A DNA stretch of 40,196 nt from Coniocarpon cinnabarinum (GCA_051942205.1 JAVECO010000198.1:1-40196), one strand, 5' to 3'. Positions 22,116-34,245 are shown, counted from the first letter of the stretch. The notes: a model not told the origin generated them from the letters alone. Numbers and translations are program-made.

Positions 22116-23123
22116 TCACCTGCTGTTGTCCTGATTCCTCTTCATGCGCTCTTCGGCGGCTTTTGCCATTATCTCACGGCGATCGCGCGTCGTTCGGTCG
22201 TTGGGCGAATGTGAAGCTGACATCGTCGCGGAATCGGACCCAAGCTTACGGGATCCACCCTCCCATTCGTGGCCTGCAGTGGAATTGCCGGTCTCAGGCT
22301 CATAGTATTCTTGCTTGCTGAGCGCGTGACCGCCATGCTTCCAATCGTTCTTTTCCACTTCATCTTGAATCTGCTTCATCAGATCATAGAATTGCCGATT
22401 ATGCTCCCCGTGCACGTTGTGCGCAAGCTCGTGACAGAGGCAGTTTCGAACGGTCTTGTAATCTCGATAGCCGTCGTAAGCGTCAGTCCTCAATCTGAGG
22501 AGGATGGTTTCTCCAGCGTTCTTGTTTAGCCCGAGGGTGCGGCTCTCGTGGGAAGTGTTTTCTGCCGGGTCGAGCTCTGTCAGCAGAGACACGGACCATT
22601 TGTGCTTGATCATAGCAGCTTTGACGCCAGGGTCATCACGTAGACGTTCCAAGTATGCTGTTGATCGCTCTGGGAAGGGAAGATGGTCAAGCGGCTTGAT
22701 GCTTTGGAATGTATAATTGATCTCGTCTTGCAAACTTTTCCAATCTCTTGTCCGCGTTGGCGTTGCTGTCTTCACAGGACCATTTCCAGCTCTACGATTC
22801 GCCTGCATCACGCCAGCATGGACGCTTTTGTTCAAAGATGCGACTTGCGCAGTTGTACTGCCGATGAGCACAAACTTCTTCGCATGGGCGACCAGGTCTG
22901 TGAGCAGTGGTGGCGGCTTCGAAATGTCATCGAAAGGAGGCTTCATCAGTCCAGGCTTGGGTGATACGAGCCACTTCTGATTCTCAAGTGGGATTTGGAG
23001 TGTCTCAAGCGCATACTCGGCAAGATGCTGAAGGGTGGCGTCCGTTGGCAGCAGGGCGGTGTATAGCTGTCCGGCATGCGTGAAGCAGAGGCTAATCGAG
23101 GATGAGGGGATATCATCGGCCAT
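22116..23123 (-). CDS. WLM-domain zinc metalloprotease with N-terminal ubiquitin-like region (Wss1-like)
   Basis: LLTELDP, LGLNKNAGETILLRLRTD, HELAHNVHGEH (HExxH), GGSRKLG, C-terminal REIMAKAAEER. Confidence 0.9.
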   Translation of the reverse strand: MADDIPSSSISLCFTHAGQLYTALLPTDATLQHLAEYALETLQIPLENQKWLVSPKPGLMKPPFDDISKPPPLLTDLVAHAKKFVLIGSTTAQVASLNKSVHAGVMQANRRAGNGPVKTATPTRTRDWKSLQDEINYTFQSIKPLDHLPFPERSTAYLERLRDDPGVKAAMIKHKWSVSLLTELDPAENTSHESRTLGLNKNAGETILLRLRTDAYDGYRDYKTVRNCLCHELAHNVHGEHNRQFYDLMKQIQDEVEKNDWKHGGHALSKQEYYEPETGNSTAGHEWEGGSRKLGSDSATMSASHSPNDRTTRDRREIMAKAAEERMKRNQDNSR

Positions 23124-23889
23124 AACAAGGAAACTAGGTATGGAATGCGCAATGGTATTCCAAAGCTATGTTACAGAGGCGAAGCGTAGCTATGTCACAA
23201 GAAGTTGCAGATGAGGTAGTGACCCATATTTCGATCGTTTTTGAAGGCCGCAGCATGCTTTGTCATCGCACGTAGAACCTGTCTCATCTTTAAGGCAGCG
23301 CCGCAGGCCACGGATCCACATGGAGATGCTCCTAGGAACGAGAACTCGACATCTATGGTCAGAGTCTCTTAAACAGTTTCGAGCGCATGACACAATGACT
23401 TGGTGATCTCAAAGATGAATCTCAAAGATGAGTACCGCCATCGGGATAAGCTTTTTCCGATTCCATGGCGAGAATGGCACGTGAGTAGGAGCAGTCAGCC
23501 CCACACCCAATGAACGGCGTGCAATACAAGTACCTCGCCCGGTTTCTAGGTTCTCTCGGCGCATGTGAGATCGATATACCTGTGAGACTCGTCACTGTTG
23601 TGCTCCATGGCTGCTCTGAACAAGATGCCACAAAGCTGGTAAACATTGTTTGTCTCATACCACGCGGCAGGATATCTGCTCGCGCCGCGGAGCCATGCCT
23701 AACCAGGTCTTAGTTGAGCGGAGGATACAACACAAGCTACCCGCACTGCTAATCTTCTCCTACCTCCGGGTCTTTCGCTTCGCTCTGCCCTGCGTCCTAT
23801 CGTGAATATCGGCTTGTTCTTCAGAAGTCTGACGGTGTATACTGTATTAGTTTTCCGGTCTTTAAAGACCTAGATCGCCATCGTCCGCT

Positions 23890-26132
23890 ATGGACCGGAA
23901 AGCAAGTGTCAGAGATGACGAAACACTGGCAGCACTCGGCCATCAGCCTGAACTGAGCAGGCAGTTCTCACCCCTGTCAATGCTTGGCCTCGCCTTCGCC
24001 ATTCTCAACAGCTGGACCGCATTGGCAACAAGCCTGTCTCTGGCGCTGCCTTCTGGTGGCTCCACCAGTGTATTGTGGGGACTAGTCACTGCGGGAATCT
24101 GTAATCTATGCGTTGCATCATCTCTAGCAGAGTTCTTGTCTGCCTGTATGTACTGCTCGTGAGAATTTACTGGACCCGGAGACAGCCAATGCTAAAAAGC
24201 CAGCCAGATCCCACAGCAGGGGGCCAGTATCACTGGGTGGCAATGATCTCGCCGCCTCGGATGGTAGCGTCTCTGAGTTGGATCACTGGTTGGATTAATA
24301 CAAGCGGCTGGATCGCGCTGGTCGCAACGGGAGGACTTTTGGTGAGTCGCAAAATAAAAGTGACGGCAAGCACCATAGGACGTTGGCCAAAACATCAGTC
24401 AGCACGTAAGTCATAGCTTGTGCTGATGAAACTCCCTACTAGGGCAGTCAAATCATCATCGGAATCATCAGCCTAGAAAATGCGAGTTACAGTGCCCAGC
24501 GGTGGCATCAATTCCTCATCTACATCGGCTACACGCTCTTTGCATTTATGGTCAATGCATTTGGAAACAGGCTGCTCCCATATTTTAACAGAGCCGCATT
24601 TATTTGGTCGGTCTGCGGCTTTGTCGTGATCAGCATCACCGTTCTCGGAACTTCCAGCCCAAATTACGCATCGGCGGACTTTGTGTTTCGTAATTTCATC
24701 AACGAGACTGGCTGGCCTGATGGAATTGCATGGCTACTTGGCCTTTTGCAAGGAGCGCTGGGTCTGACCGGCTTTGATGCAGTAGTAAGTCTAGTATATT
24801 TTCGAATCTTCTGTATTTTTATTTCTCTCGAAGTCCTACGCGAGATTCCGCTTAAGCTTCTTGAGACAAGATCGAGTTTGACTTTGCTTACTATTGATTG
24901 CGATACTAACGAGAAGTGTTCCAGGTAAGTCTTCATTCCTTGGACAATCGTTACCTCAATCAAGCATTGAAATGTGGGGTCAATGCGGCTCCCTAATAGC
25001 CATCATTCTCATTTCAGATTTCACAGCCAGAACGCTACGGCAGACGAGATGAATTTTGCGACGCTCTCTGCAGTGCTCCCGTGCAGCGTGTCTTGCATCA
25101 ACAAACCAAAAGTCAGGCTAATTGCGATAAACAGGCACATATGATTGAGGAGATACCCGAAGCGGCCATAGAGGGTCCTAAAATCATGATCTACTGCGTC
25201 GGCATGGGTCTTTTTACAGGCTTCATTTTTCTGATGATCCTTTTGTTTGTCTCTGGCGGCGATGCCGCTATCGACGACATTATCAATTCAGCTGCAGGTA
25301 CGTCACCAATCCATTGCAAAGGCATATGCAGTCTTTCGATACTACGATAAAGTAGCATGGCGCAAGCAATCAGGACGACACAGATGCCGAATTGTGCAAA
25401 ATCCTTGTCAGTGTCACTAACTCGGCTGCAGGACCACTTCCCCAAATTCTCTACAACGCCACACGTAGTCACGCTGGTTACATTTGCTTACTGATGTTTC
25501 CCTTGGGCTGTCTGTTGTTTGCAACGAGTGGCATCATGACGACAAGCAGTCGTATGACCTATGCGTTCGCCCGAGATGGGGGACTCCCCTTCAGCCGATA
25601 CTTTTCAATCGTGCACCCTCGGCTCGGAGTTCCTTTCAACGCTTTGTGCCTTACGACAGCATTAGTTGTCGTTTTCGGATGCATCTTCCTCGGCTCGAGC
25701 AGTGCCTTCAATGCCATCACCGCAGCATCTGTTGTTGCACTTGGCGTGTCATACGGAATTCCGATTGCAGTAAATGTGGCCCAAATGCGCCGAGCTTTAC
25801 CGCCAAGAGCATTTGAGCTCCCTCCTGCAGTTGGGTGGGCGTGCAATCTCCTAGGCCTGTCCTTCATCATCCTTACCACGGTGCTCTTCGTGTTCCCACC
25901 CGAGCTCCCCGTGAGCGGATCCAACATGAATTATTGCATAGCAGCGTTCGGGATCATCCTAATCATCTCGACGACTCAATGGATTGTGGATGGCCGCCAA
26001 AACTATAGCGGTCCCAAGGTCGACGAGCAAATTCTGCAAGCAGCAGCCAGCCATGACGCAGGGGTTGATCCTACGGTGATCAAGCCAGGCGCAGACGAAA
26101 CTTCCCAGCAGCAAGCCACGAAGCACCTATAA
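23890..26132 (+). CDS. APC-superfamily amino acid/choline/GABA permease; introns ~24146-24207, ~24342-24442, 24785-25134, 25298-25431
   Basis: LGH.PEL.RQFSPLSMLGLAFAILNSW, SLAEFLSAYPTAGGQYHW, GFDAV|AHMIEEIP, SRMTYAFARDGGLPFS, NMNYC. Splice sites restore the frame. Confidence 0.93.
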
Positions 26133-27980
26133 CAGGTGTGAGTAGAAAGCTAGTTCAATATAATTACTCCAGACATGGCCACCTGATCCTGGCAATACCC
26201 ATGCTAGTGGGACGCTGTCATGCGATTTGCGCCAGGCGCCAACATTGCAAGGATTCGCGTGCCAGAGGTAGTCTCACATATCGAATTCGCCGGGCCTGTG
26301 GAGGCAAGGTCCTCTCCACAAAATCAGCAACGTGCAATGAGACGAAGGTGCTTGAAGGGGGATCAGCAAGAGCCAGGTTTTTCCGCCAAGCAGCGTTTCA
26401 ATGCCGCCACTCGTGCGAAAGTCGGCTCTGGGAGGACAACGTTGGCGCAGTAGAGTTTGCAACGTGTTGTGCCGTGGTGAAGTCATGGGCCAGGCGATGT
26501 ACCAGTTCAGCGGTCGCGGAGGCTGATCTGGAGGCGGCATTTACAAGCCGGCTCAGAGGAGCAGAGTTCCGCAGAGCTTCGCAGAACAAGGACCGGAGGG
26601 GGATCGGCTGGTCGTAGGGAATTGAAGATGGAATACCGACATTAGCGCGGCGTGGGAGTGAGCGCGGAGATCACAAGCCGTGCCCATGACCTCGCCCGAC
26701 GCGAGAGGAGAAGGGCGATTATCAAGCAGCGCCAGAGAATTCCGCTGAGACGATCAGTGATGGATTTTCGTGGGAACAGCGTATGAGGCGATGCAAGGCT
26801 GTTGGAAGATCGACGCCCGGCGACCGCCACAGCGTGACTGGCGTGCTGCGGGGGGGAGAGCGAGATCCTGCGCGAGGCCCGAACAGGCATAGGCGCAGAA
26901 GAGGTACCGAAGAGAGGCCTGACACGCTAGAATCGGCAGATTGGCGGGTCATCTGGGGGCGCGAGCGACGAATGGGAGCCCGGCGGTGTGGGAGCTGGGC
27001 GCGCGTCATTGGCCGCGGGGCAAGATCCGTCCGGTAGAGCGCTGGGTGAGCCTGCAGGGTCCATGACTGGCGTCCACTGGCTCTCCTCGACTCCTCGACG
27101 CGTCGACGGTGACGCTCCCTTAGTCTCTCTGTACTCCGTAGTCTCTCTGCAGAACTCTCACTGCCTCTCTCTCTGTCTCTCTGGGCGCACGGTCGTCCTC
27201 TGCGCGTGTCGGCCCCAGATGCTCCAATCAGCAGCCGGCGCCGTCACTCGCCCGGTGTCCGTGCGCTCGAGTGTGCCGCAACCCACAGCCCTGCCACCCT
27301 TGCTAGTCGCAATCTCCTGGCTCTGCGGTCTGCGTTTACCCTTTTCCCTCTCCACTCACTCACTCACGCACGACTTCTCCCGCCGCAAACCCTTTCACCC
27401 CACCACCCTCCCTGACGCGTGTGGAGACGACTGCGCCGGTGCAGGACGAGAAAGCACAGCCGTCGATGCTGCGACGCGGAGACTGCACAATGGCACTGTG
27501 ACCTCGCGAGCGCCGCCAACGTCCACCGGGCGCTTGTATCTCTAGCCGTGGCCAACGGGCGCTATTGCCGACGCGCAGTTCCTGCTGTCAGTCTGGAAGA
27601 TGCCTGTCGCCTTTTCTCTCTCTTCCGGCGTATGCAGTGAGCGAACGAGGGGAGCCAGCAGCTCGCGCCCCTCGACTCAATGGCCCTGCAGCAACGTAGC
27701 GTGCGTGGTGGTGCCTTTGTCATCGACTGCCCCCTCGACGCTCGACCCCTGCGGCGGCGTTTCGCTGGCTGCAGCGGGTAAACAGGGAAAAGACAGCAGG
27801 AAGAAAAAAATAGACTCGCCGGGCAATGGGTGGCACTATTGACTTGTGCGTGGACGATCAGCCGGCGATCAACACGCTGCCCACGCGCACAACTCGACTC
27901 CCTCTCTCTCTGTGTCTTTCTCCTGCTCAAGTGCCGAGCACCACGTTACATCGACCAAGTCATTCCCAGGCCCCCCATGT

Positions 27981-28014
27981 CTCTGGCTCTGGCTCTGGCT
28001 CTGGCTCTGGCTCT
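27981..28014. repeat. (CTCTGG)5+ microsatellite upstream of the C6 TF
   Basis: Direct reading of the sequence. Confidence 0.9.
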
Positions 28015-28530
28015 TGCTCGTGTGGCGCCTTCGGGTCGACGTCGTGTAGAAGAGGCCCGGGCCAGCGATGATCCTCGTCATGCGTGCCTGCTCGACGCTC
28101 GCGTGGTGTTCCTCGCCCACGCATCCACCTCCACCTCCTCCTCCTCCTCCTCTCCTCCCTCGTGCCCGGGATCCTGCCCTTCACTTCCTCTTGTCCTACG
28201 CCCGCCTGTGCCCTCCGTAAGTCGTCTCGTTCCGTCTCACCGCGATGCCACAGAGTTTCGGTCACCTCGCCCGGCTCCGCTTGCGCTGCGAATCTCCTGT
28301 GCCCGCTGAAACGGACTTAATAAGATTGACCGCCCCGCCTCATCTTACATGCAATTTCGTCTGAGTCTGTCCCCTTCTTGGCCCGGGCGTCTATTCGAAA
28401 CACCTATAGCTATTGCTTGCGGAGGAACATGTCCGCCTGACCGCTTCCTTTTCTCGCACGCCACTGCTGTTGTCTCTTTCGTTGTTGGTGGTGGTCTGGA
28501 TATTACGCCGTCTCAGACAGCACTCCTTCG

Positions 28531-31077
28531 ATGACGGCTTCGACCATGGTGGCTGCAGACGAGGTTGGCAAGACAATGGACAAGGAGCAACCCATCTCTC
28601 CCCCGAACGTACGCAAGCGCCGCCGACGCGTGCCCACGACGGGAGCCTCAGAAGACTGTCACACGTGCCGGAAGCGGAACGTCCAGTGCGACCGACGCCG
28701 ACCATACTGCTCGCAATGCCTGGAGGTCAAGGAAAGCTGCGGAGGCTATCGAACGACGTTGACATGGGGTGTGGGTGTGGCGAGTCGAGGAAAGCTGCGT
28801 GGCATGTCTTTGCCCGTGGCGAAACCCGCGGGCGGGCAAGAGGTGAACAAACCCGCCGCTCCACAGACCTCTGCCCGTCCTCGGGCCAACACCATGCACA
28901 CCCCCTCCAGTCAAGCGGTCGGCACCAACGGTGAAGACGGACCTCGAAAGCGTATGCGTCTGAATCCTCTACAGACCAACGTGCAGTCATTGCCTCCCAA
29001 CACCTCGTCAATGCCCAGTCCTTACTACACCAATGGCTATCACGGCGGCGCTGCGTTTCCCACTTGGCCTCAGTCAAGTTATCATTCGCACATGGGATCG
29101 CAGCCGCAGCAATTCGGCCACGACGGCACCTTTCCGTTTGGCGGTCAGCAACGCCGCTCAGAGCTCTTCCCTCTGCACACGACTGTGGCCACAACCTTCA
29201 CGGGTCTGCCCTGGTCGCCCGATGGCTCGGTACAGAGTGGACCGTCACCAATGTATTTTGAGGACATGTCTCCATTCAACAACTTCCCTCGTCAGCCGGG
29301 CTTGCCTTCCGTACCTCAAACACTGCCCTCCCAAAGCTTGCACTCTTCCCCTGTGCAGGTCCATCAACCAGCCAAGAATCGAAGTATGTATCAGCAACCC
29401 CCACAAGCACCGCCCGCGATCAATGGTGTCCATTTCGACGGCAATTCGCGGAGCAACAGTTTCCCCGAATCGCAGCCGTTCAGTGTCTTGGGCTCGAACG
29501 ATGTGCCTGTAGAAAAGCAGGGGAATGAGGACAGTGTAAAGCCTAGCCTGAAGAGAACCTTGTCGGCGCCCGAGGTGGCTGCTATTGATCAAAGTGAGTC
29601 CCAGAATGAGAGCCCACAAGACGAACCTCCCTCTGGCACAACAGAAGCGCTCATACAAAATTTTCAGCCGAGGATGCATCCGCCGAATATGAACGTCTCC
29701 TCTCGGATATGGAGCTTGCTCGAATACTACGACAAAAATATCTGCCCAGTACTGGTTACATTCGACAATGAGGACAATCCTTATCGCAAATTCATCATGA
29801 ATCTTGCCCTGCAAAACGAAGGCCTTCAGAATGCTCTCGCCGCTCTGGTCACAAACAACATGCGCATGCGTTGTTTGAAAGAGATACCGAGTCTCAGCGA
29901 CGATGGTCATCACGAAAGCATCATCAAAGCTATAGGTGTCCCCTCTTCTGAGGAACGATACTACAAGGCAAAGTCGGTCAATTATTTAAATTCTCAGCTT
30001 ACCGACAACTCTAAGGCTGCCGATGATTCTGTCCTGGCCACATTGCTCATTTTGTGTCTCTTTCATGTGAGTGACAGCGGGTTCAGCAAATTCAAGACCC
30101 AGCTGCAGGGAGTACAAGTCCTGCTAGGGATGCGTGCTGGCATGCCCCGTTCTGACTTTCAGGCCTGGGTCGAGATGTTTTTTGCTTGGTTCGACGTCAT
30201 GACATCAGCTGTGAATGATCGTGAGACAAAAGTGCATGGAGAAATTATTGATCTCATGGACTTGTCAAATAATCTCGGCAGTGTTGAGGAATTTTCAGGC
30301 TGCGACGGCAGACTCTTCAAATTGATTGCACGACTGGGCCGGCTTAATTTACTCAGTCAGCGCCGTCAGCCAAAGGAGTCAAGCAGCCCTATTGCGAAAC
30401 AGCATCGGCGCGTAGACTCTGCCTTGGATTTTTTCTCACTTCCCACAGAGCAGCTAGATGTACCTTCCGATTGGGACGAGTTCATTTCGCCCCAAGATGA
30501 CCTCAAATTTGACGCCAGTGCCCCACCGCCGGATGACCGAGCGCAATTCTGGCTCGAGTGGCAGGAATTGCAGGATCTGTTTCACTCCTGGCAGAACACA
30601 CGATTCAATGGACTGTCGCTTGACTCACCTAATTTATCAGACGGTCAGAAGGCGATGCTGCACATGTCCGAGAGTTTCCGCTGGGCCGCGCTGGTCTATC
30701 TGGAACGGCTAGCCGACCCCAGTCTCGCGTCTTCCAGCTCAACAATCCAGGATCTAGTGAAGAAGTCACTCCACCACATCGATGAAATCGGCACCAACAG
30801 CTGCGTGACTAAATTCATGCTTTGGCCTCTGTTTATTAGCGGAACAGAGTGCGTGGAAGAGAAACAGCGCGGGTTGATCCGTGAGAGGTGCATTGAGATT
30901 CAGCAAGAATCGGGTTTCTACAATAACATCAGCGGCCTCGAAGTCCTGGAAAGGGTGTGGCGAAAGAACGGTGTGAAGAGTGGAGAGCGTCATCTAGCTA
31001 GAGGTCAGTGCAGCCAGCAGGCCTTCCACTGGAGAAGCTGTATGGACCGAGTGGATGGTGAGTACATTGTGATTTGA
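28531..31077 (+). CDS. Zn(II)2Cys6 transcription factor with C-terminal fungal TF domain (OefC-like)
   Basis: CHTCRKRNVQCDRRRPYCSQCLEVKESC followed by LTWGVGVASRGKLRG; NPYR, WFDVMTS, WPLFISGTEC; 848-aa intronless ORF. OefC similarity is from memory only. Confidence 0.9.
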   Translation: MTASTMVAADEVGKTMDKEQPISPPNVRKRRRRVPTTGASEDCHTCRKRNVQCDRRRPYCSQCLEVKESCGGYRTTLTWGVGVASRGKLRGMSLPVAKPAGGQEVNKPAAPQTSARPRANTMHTPSSQAVGTNGEDGPRKRMRLNPLQTNVQSLPPNTSSMPSPYYTNGYHGGAAFPTWPQSSYHSHMGSQPQQFGHDGTFPFGGQQRRSELFPLHTTVATTFTGLPWSPDGSVQSGPSPMYFEDMSPFNNFPRQPGLPSVPQTLPSQSLHSSPVQVHQPAKNRSMYQQPPQAPPAINGVHFDGNSRSNSFPESQPFSVLGSNDVPVEKQGNEDSVKPSLKRTLSAPEVAAIDQSESQNESPQDEPPSGTTEALIQNFQPRMHPPNMNVSSRIWSLLEYYDKNICPVLVTFDNEDNPYRKFIMNLALQNEGLQNALAALVTNNMRMRCLKEIPSLSDDGHHESIIKAIGVPSSEERYYKAKSVNYLNSQLTDNSKAADDSVLATLLILCLFHVSDSGFSKFKTQLQGVQVLLGMRAGMPRSDFQAWVEMFFAWFDVMTSAVNDRETKVHGEIIDLMDLSNNLGSVEEFSGCDGRLFKLIARLGRLNLLSQRRQPKESSSPIAKQHRRVDSALDFFSLPTEQLDVPSDWDEFISPQDDLKFDASAPPPDDRAQFWLEWQELQDLFHSWQNTRFNGLSLDSPNLSDGQKAMLHMSESFRWAALVYLERLADPSLASSSSTIQDLVKKSLHHIDEIGTNSCVTKFMLWPLFISGTECVEEKQRGLIRERCIEIQQESGFYNNISGLEVLERVWRKNGVKSGERHLARGQCSQQAFHWRSCMDRVDGEYIVI

Positions 31078-31487
31078 GGTTACCTGAAGGTGGATTTTCA
31101 CTTCCTGAACGCTGAAGGCGCAGCGTGACTGTGTTTAAATTACACTTTGACCAGACGTGTGGATGACCGGGGAAATTCGAAGCTCAAAGAGCGGTGAGAG
31201 GCGACGCTCAACCTGTCAGCCACCGCTATGATACCATGATCTAATGAGGGAAGTTCAATTTTTGTCGTTACAGCTTGCTTTCTCTTCGCTGTGTCTTTTT
31301 CTTCTTCCTCGTTCAATATTCGAGCACATGTCATCACCCTTCCCTTTCCGTCGGCTCGCTTCATAGTTCCTTCCCCATTCCGCTAACCAAGGATGCCCTC
31401 TTTTGATGTCCATCCAGAACCCACCTTGCATCCTTCCATTGCATCTCGGCCTCTTCCTGGCTTGGAGGCATTCTATAAACTAAAATC

Positions 31488-33742
31488 ATGGTGAGCTTGA
31501 ATCCTGATCTGGAGGTTTCCCAGCTTTTGGACGAGCGCTTAAGCTGCGTTGGATCGGCAAGCATCCATTACTGTTTAATAAGAGGGCCCAATAAATAGTG
31601 AAAATGGCTAAGTGCATGTTCTAGGCTCAGCTGCGACGTAGCAACACACCACCTATCCTTCCGCCGGGCTCTCCATCTCTTCGGCACGTCTTCCATCGCT
31701 CACAGCAGCGTCATGGAGCTGATCGCGACACGCAAGCCCAAAATACACCGCGTACAATTGCAGCAAAGTCTTCTGAGCGTTCTATCATCTCGCGACCGAG
31801 CACGGCTCGATCTCATGCTGGGGCTTGGAGTCATACTACTGTCGCTCCTAATGAGTCTTCCGATCGATCATCCCCAGGAGTACGTCAAGCTTCCTTACTG
31901 CATGCCGGAAGCTCCTCTACTCTTCGCTCGCAGGGATCAACAGCTAGATGGGATTTTGAGTACCATGACGATGCCGAAGATGCAGTGGCACCAGCCGAAC
32001 CTGATCTGCAAACAGATGGGAAAGAAGTCACCCGGGTTTCTCGTATCAACACTGAGAACGTCTCTCGTAAATTTGGTCTACAAGCAGCGACAGACTTGAT
32101 CGTCTCTCCAGAAAGTCTTGAGAAAGATGACATGCTGCATGATCCGGCCGTGGAGGACATCAGAACACCCTCAAACTGCGTTTTACCGAGCAACCGCAGT
32201 GGCATGGTCAATTGCCTTGGGTTCTCGCTCATCATTCTGGGCGTTCTAATGATTCTCGTTGGCTTACCAGTCATCTCAACGATCGAAGACAATGACCAAT
32301 ATATGAGCGCCTGCGAAGAAGATCCTGATTGCATAAGAGCGGACTTGCCATTGCTGCAAAATGTTCGTCACGGTCCCGTAGATCCAGACACGCCGTCTTC
32401 AGTCAAGACTCGAACAGACATTCACGGCAATCCGCAGAACCTTGTGTTTAGCGATGAGTTCAACAAAGATGGCCGTACGTTCTATCCAGGAGACGATCCG
32501 TATTTCCAAGCTGAAGATTTCTGGTACGGAGTAACTCAAGACCTGGAGTGGTATGATCCAGACGCGATCAGCACTGCAAACGGTACGCTGAACATACAAT
32601 TCGACAAGCACGACAATCATAATCTAAGCTTTCGCTCGGGCATGATTAATTCGTGGAACAAGCTGTGTTTCAAGGGTGGCTATATTGAAGCAAACGTCTC
32701 GCTTCCCGGGTCAGCAAGCGTACCGGGTCTCTGGTAAGATGGAATTCCGTCTCGATCTTATTGAGTGTTGTGTTGTTCTGCTGGCTGACACGGAGGCAGG
32801 CCTGGATTCTGGTCCTCTGGTAATCTAGGCCGAGCAGGCTACGCTGCAACCACCGATGGAATGTGGCCATATAGCTACTGGGATCAGTGTGACGCCGGCA
32901 TCTTGCCAAATCAAAGTGCTCCCAATGGTATCAGCTGGCTGCCCGGAATGCGTCTACCAGCCTGCACATGCAATGCATCAGACACTCGAGGCCACCCTAC
33001 GCCCGGCAAGTCGCGCTCAGCACCTGAAATGGACATACTCGAGGGCTCCGTTGCCTATCTGGGTCCTGGCAAAACCGACCCCACTGGAACTGGTAGCCAG
33101 AGTATCCAAGCTGCACCTTTTGATCCGTCACATTTTGTGAGTGTAATCAACTACTTCGTTATACACGAAACTAACCTCTCATAGCCGAACTTCAGCGATA
33201 TCGTCAACTTTAACACCTCCACTACTTTCCTCAATCAGTTCAAGGGCAGTCTCTTGCAGGAATCTATTTCATACATCACAAATCTGGACTCTGCTTGGTA
33301 TGATGGCAATGAATACGTCACCTTTGGCGTCGAGTATCAGCCGGGCGCAGACGGATACGCAACTTTCTTTATCGGCTCGAAAGCCACATGGCACATTGAT
33401 GCCGCAGCCATCGGACCCGATGCGGACATTGGCCAACGCCTCATCCCCGTCGAGCCCATGACACTTATCGCTAACCTGGGTATGTCACCAACATTCGCAG
33501 ACATCGACTGGGAGCACTTGGTGTTTCCGGCAATCATGCGAGTCGATTACATCAGGATCTGGCAAAATGTGGGCAATGAGAGCGCTGGACACTGGCTTGG
33601 GTGTGATCCGCCTGGATATGCGAGTACGGGATACATCAAGGAGCATCCGAGGGCGTATTTGGACTGGAACCGAACGACGTGGGAAGAGGCGGGTTATTCT
33701 CGTCCAAGAAACAGGTTGAGGGATGGTTGCGAGATGGATTGA
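31488..33742 (+). CDS. KRE6/SKN1-family GH16 beta-1,6-glucan synthesis-associated type II membrane protein; introns 31491-31624, 32734-32799, 33137-33184
   Basis: One TM helix, LVFSDEFN.DGRTFYPGDDP, QDLEWYDPD, SWNKLCF.GG, LPGMRLPACTC, catalytic EMDILE, MRVDYIRIWQ. ATG-only first coding exon inferred from ATG|GTGAGC...GCTAAG...TAG|GCT. Confidence 0.9.
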
Positions 33743-34059
33743 GAGGACATCGCGAGAAGCTATCGATGAGCTTAAGCACCTCACAGTTGAAGCCGGGCTT
33801 TGGGTCTGCATGATTCTCTCTGAAGTCTAAGGACTGATTTTCAAGCCTAGTTGCTCCGCAAAGGAAGGGCCATGAATCTCTCATGAATCGGGAATTGTCA
33901 ATATGAATCTGATGCACATATTATTTGATGCTCCCATCACCGCACACTTCATCCTCCGCACACATACCAACAAGAAGCCTCGAGAGAAAGTAGCAGACTC
34001 AGACACGGGAACGATCATTGTCTTGGTTCGCTTTCGAATCTCGTGCCTTCGAATCTCAT

Positions 34060-34245
34060 TTCGCGCTTTCTATCGTCCTCGTCTCTTCTCCTCTCGTCTT
34101 CGTGTTCGTCTTTATCTCTTCTCTTCTCTTCTCTTCTCGTCTTCGTCCTCGTCTTCGTCTTTTCTTTTTTCTCCTTTTCTCTTCTCTTTTCTCCTTTTCT
34201 CTTCTCTTCGTCTTTCTTCTTCTCGTCTCTTCTCTTCTCGTCCCG
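34060..34245. repeat. Pyrimidine-rich low-complexity tract (CTCTT/CGTCTT)
   Basis: Nearly pure C/T on the plus strand; reads as K/R/E/D-rich on the minus strand. Confidence 0.85.

Noticed and set aside
17958..26132. Oxygenase + cyclase + permease as a catabolic or secondary-metabolite cluster
   Set aside because: Interrupted by a Wss1-like gene, has no backbone enzyme, and no shared promoter motif was seen.
26138..26617. ORFs downstream of the permease
   Set aside because: No motif; GTG start; likely 3' UTR or intergenic sequence.
31604..31624. ATG GCT AAG TGC ATG TTC TAG in frame with the KRE6-like ORF, suggesting a premature stop fixed by A-to-I editing or readthrough
   Set aside because: The TAG is better explained as an intron acceptor. 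ATG|GTGAGC at 31488-31496 and branch-like GCTAAG give an in-frame ATG-only first coding exon.
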